Shown here: one piece after another, positions 42,412 to 42,892 of the stretch
Numbering within the stretch: position 1 is the stretch's first letter
How the letters are laid out: each line of letters opens with the position of its first letter
Position numbers and translations under genes: made by a program
Assembly (NCBI GenBank): GCA_021159385.1
Contig: JAGGRW010000191.1
Coordinates: forward strand, 1 to 42,892
Direction: 5' to 3'
DNA length: 42,892 bases
Source of the DNA: Methanosarcinales archaeon
GTDB lineage: Archaea > Halobacteriota > Methanosarcinia > Methanosarcinales > Methanogasteraceae
The notes under the pieces: generated by a model
Told to the model about the DNA's origin: nothing
The model's input: only the letters and a program-made list of their open reading frames with translations
The model's database searches: none

Positions 42412-42892
42412 TCAGATACCGTATTCATCAAGAACTTTTTCATACAGTACAAAATCGTCAGAACTTGCAAATTTCTCAATCAAATCGTCAGAAAGGTTCT
42501 CAAGCAACTTATCCAGAACTATCAGTAGATTTTTAACATCCGCGTCCCCACCCCCAGCCGGTGCGCCCCCTGATGCCCCTTGCACCTCCTTCAGTCCTGC
42601 TATCTCGTCGTTTGCGGTCAGGAGGTTCTCGCGTGCTGCTTCCAACTCCGATGTCAGCCGGTCGTACTCGGATCTCGTCTCTAAAACCTCGTTTCGTGCA
42701 GATTCAAGCTCTGCTGCCAGCGCATCCGCATCCGCACCCCCAACTCCTGTCGAAGCCTCTTGCATCTCCTTCAGTCCCGCTATCTCGTCGTTTGCGGTTA
42801 TGAGGTTCTCGCGTGCTGCTTCCAACTCCGATGTCAGCCGGTCGTACTCAGATCGCGTCTCTAAAACCTCGTTTCGTGCAGATTCAAGCTCT
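42412..42892 (-). CDS. Coiled-coil repeat protein upstream of the FlaJ-like gene; 5' end beyond the right window edge
   Basis: ORF 42412..42825 continues open to the window end in the same repeat register. 180-nt (60-aa) tandem units (42601-42780 vs 42781-42892) encode ELESARNEVLETRSEYDRLTSELEAARENL(I/L)TANDEIAGLKE. C-terminal tail is LLIVLDKLLENLSDDLIEKFASSDDFVLYEKVLDEYGI. Confidence 0.6.
   Translation of the reverse strand, partial: ELESARNEVLETRSEYDRLTSELEAARENLITANDEIAGLKEMQEASTGVGGADADALAAELESARNEVLETRSEYDRLTSELEAARENLLTANDEIAGLKEVQGASGGAPAGGGDADVKNLLIVLDKLLENLSDDLIEKFASSDDFVLYEKVLDEYGI

Noticed and set aside
41567-42536. 264-aa and 212-aa plus-strand ORFs over the FlaJ-like N-terminal repeat region
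   Set aside because: They are generated by the GC-rich repeat on the opposite strand and consist of Cys/Arg/Gly- or Ala/Ser-rich low complexity. The minus-strand frame continues uninterrupted into a bona fide T2SSF membrane domain.

Overview
Archaeal chromosome segment. Gene content suggests a Methanosarcinales-like euryarchaeon (inference): PriS primase, DUF373, PEF-CTERM-type sorting tails, DUF1608-type S-layer duplication domains and a FlaJ-like membrane protein. GC-rich core genes are a truncated S8 protease, serB, gpmI, priS, two radical SAM enzymes, a ClC channel and acyP. Two visibly AT-richer accessory regions interrupt them. (1) About 11.6-21.2 kb holds a seven-gene, overlapping minus-strand operon. 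It encodes a 1171-aa NPPY adenine DNA methyltransferase, a detached 106-aa methylase tail, a Panacea(DUF4065)-like/DUF488 fusion, a 256-aa orphan, a 1047-aa PLD(HKD)-SNF2 helicase fusion and two minimal nucleotidyltransferases. It resembles DISARM, BREX and Type ISP systems but matches none, so it is my best candidate for an undescribed restriction-like defence system. (2) 29.2-34.9 kb is a 5.8-kb insertion bounded by ~270-bp direct repeats of the 3' end of a Cys-rich-domain gene, with no integrase. It consists of small cassettes (VapBC, HicB, RHH, HicAB, decayed PIN) separated by related GC-rich junction repeats that share a TATA element. It also carries two HhH-GPD glycosylase-like genes and a DUF6884-like gene, which form the second candidate system. 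Other features are a low-GC recQ, two PEL-CTERM proteins, an S-layer-like protein with three near-identical 303-bp repeats, a FlaJ-like protein with a repetitive N-terminal extension, and several small repeats and hairpins. All family assignments come from motifs I read in the translations. No database search was run.
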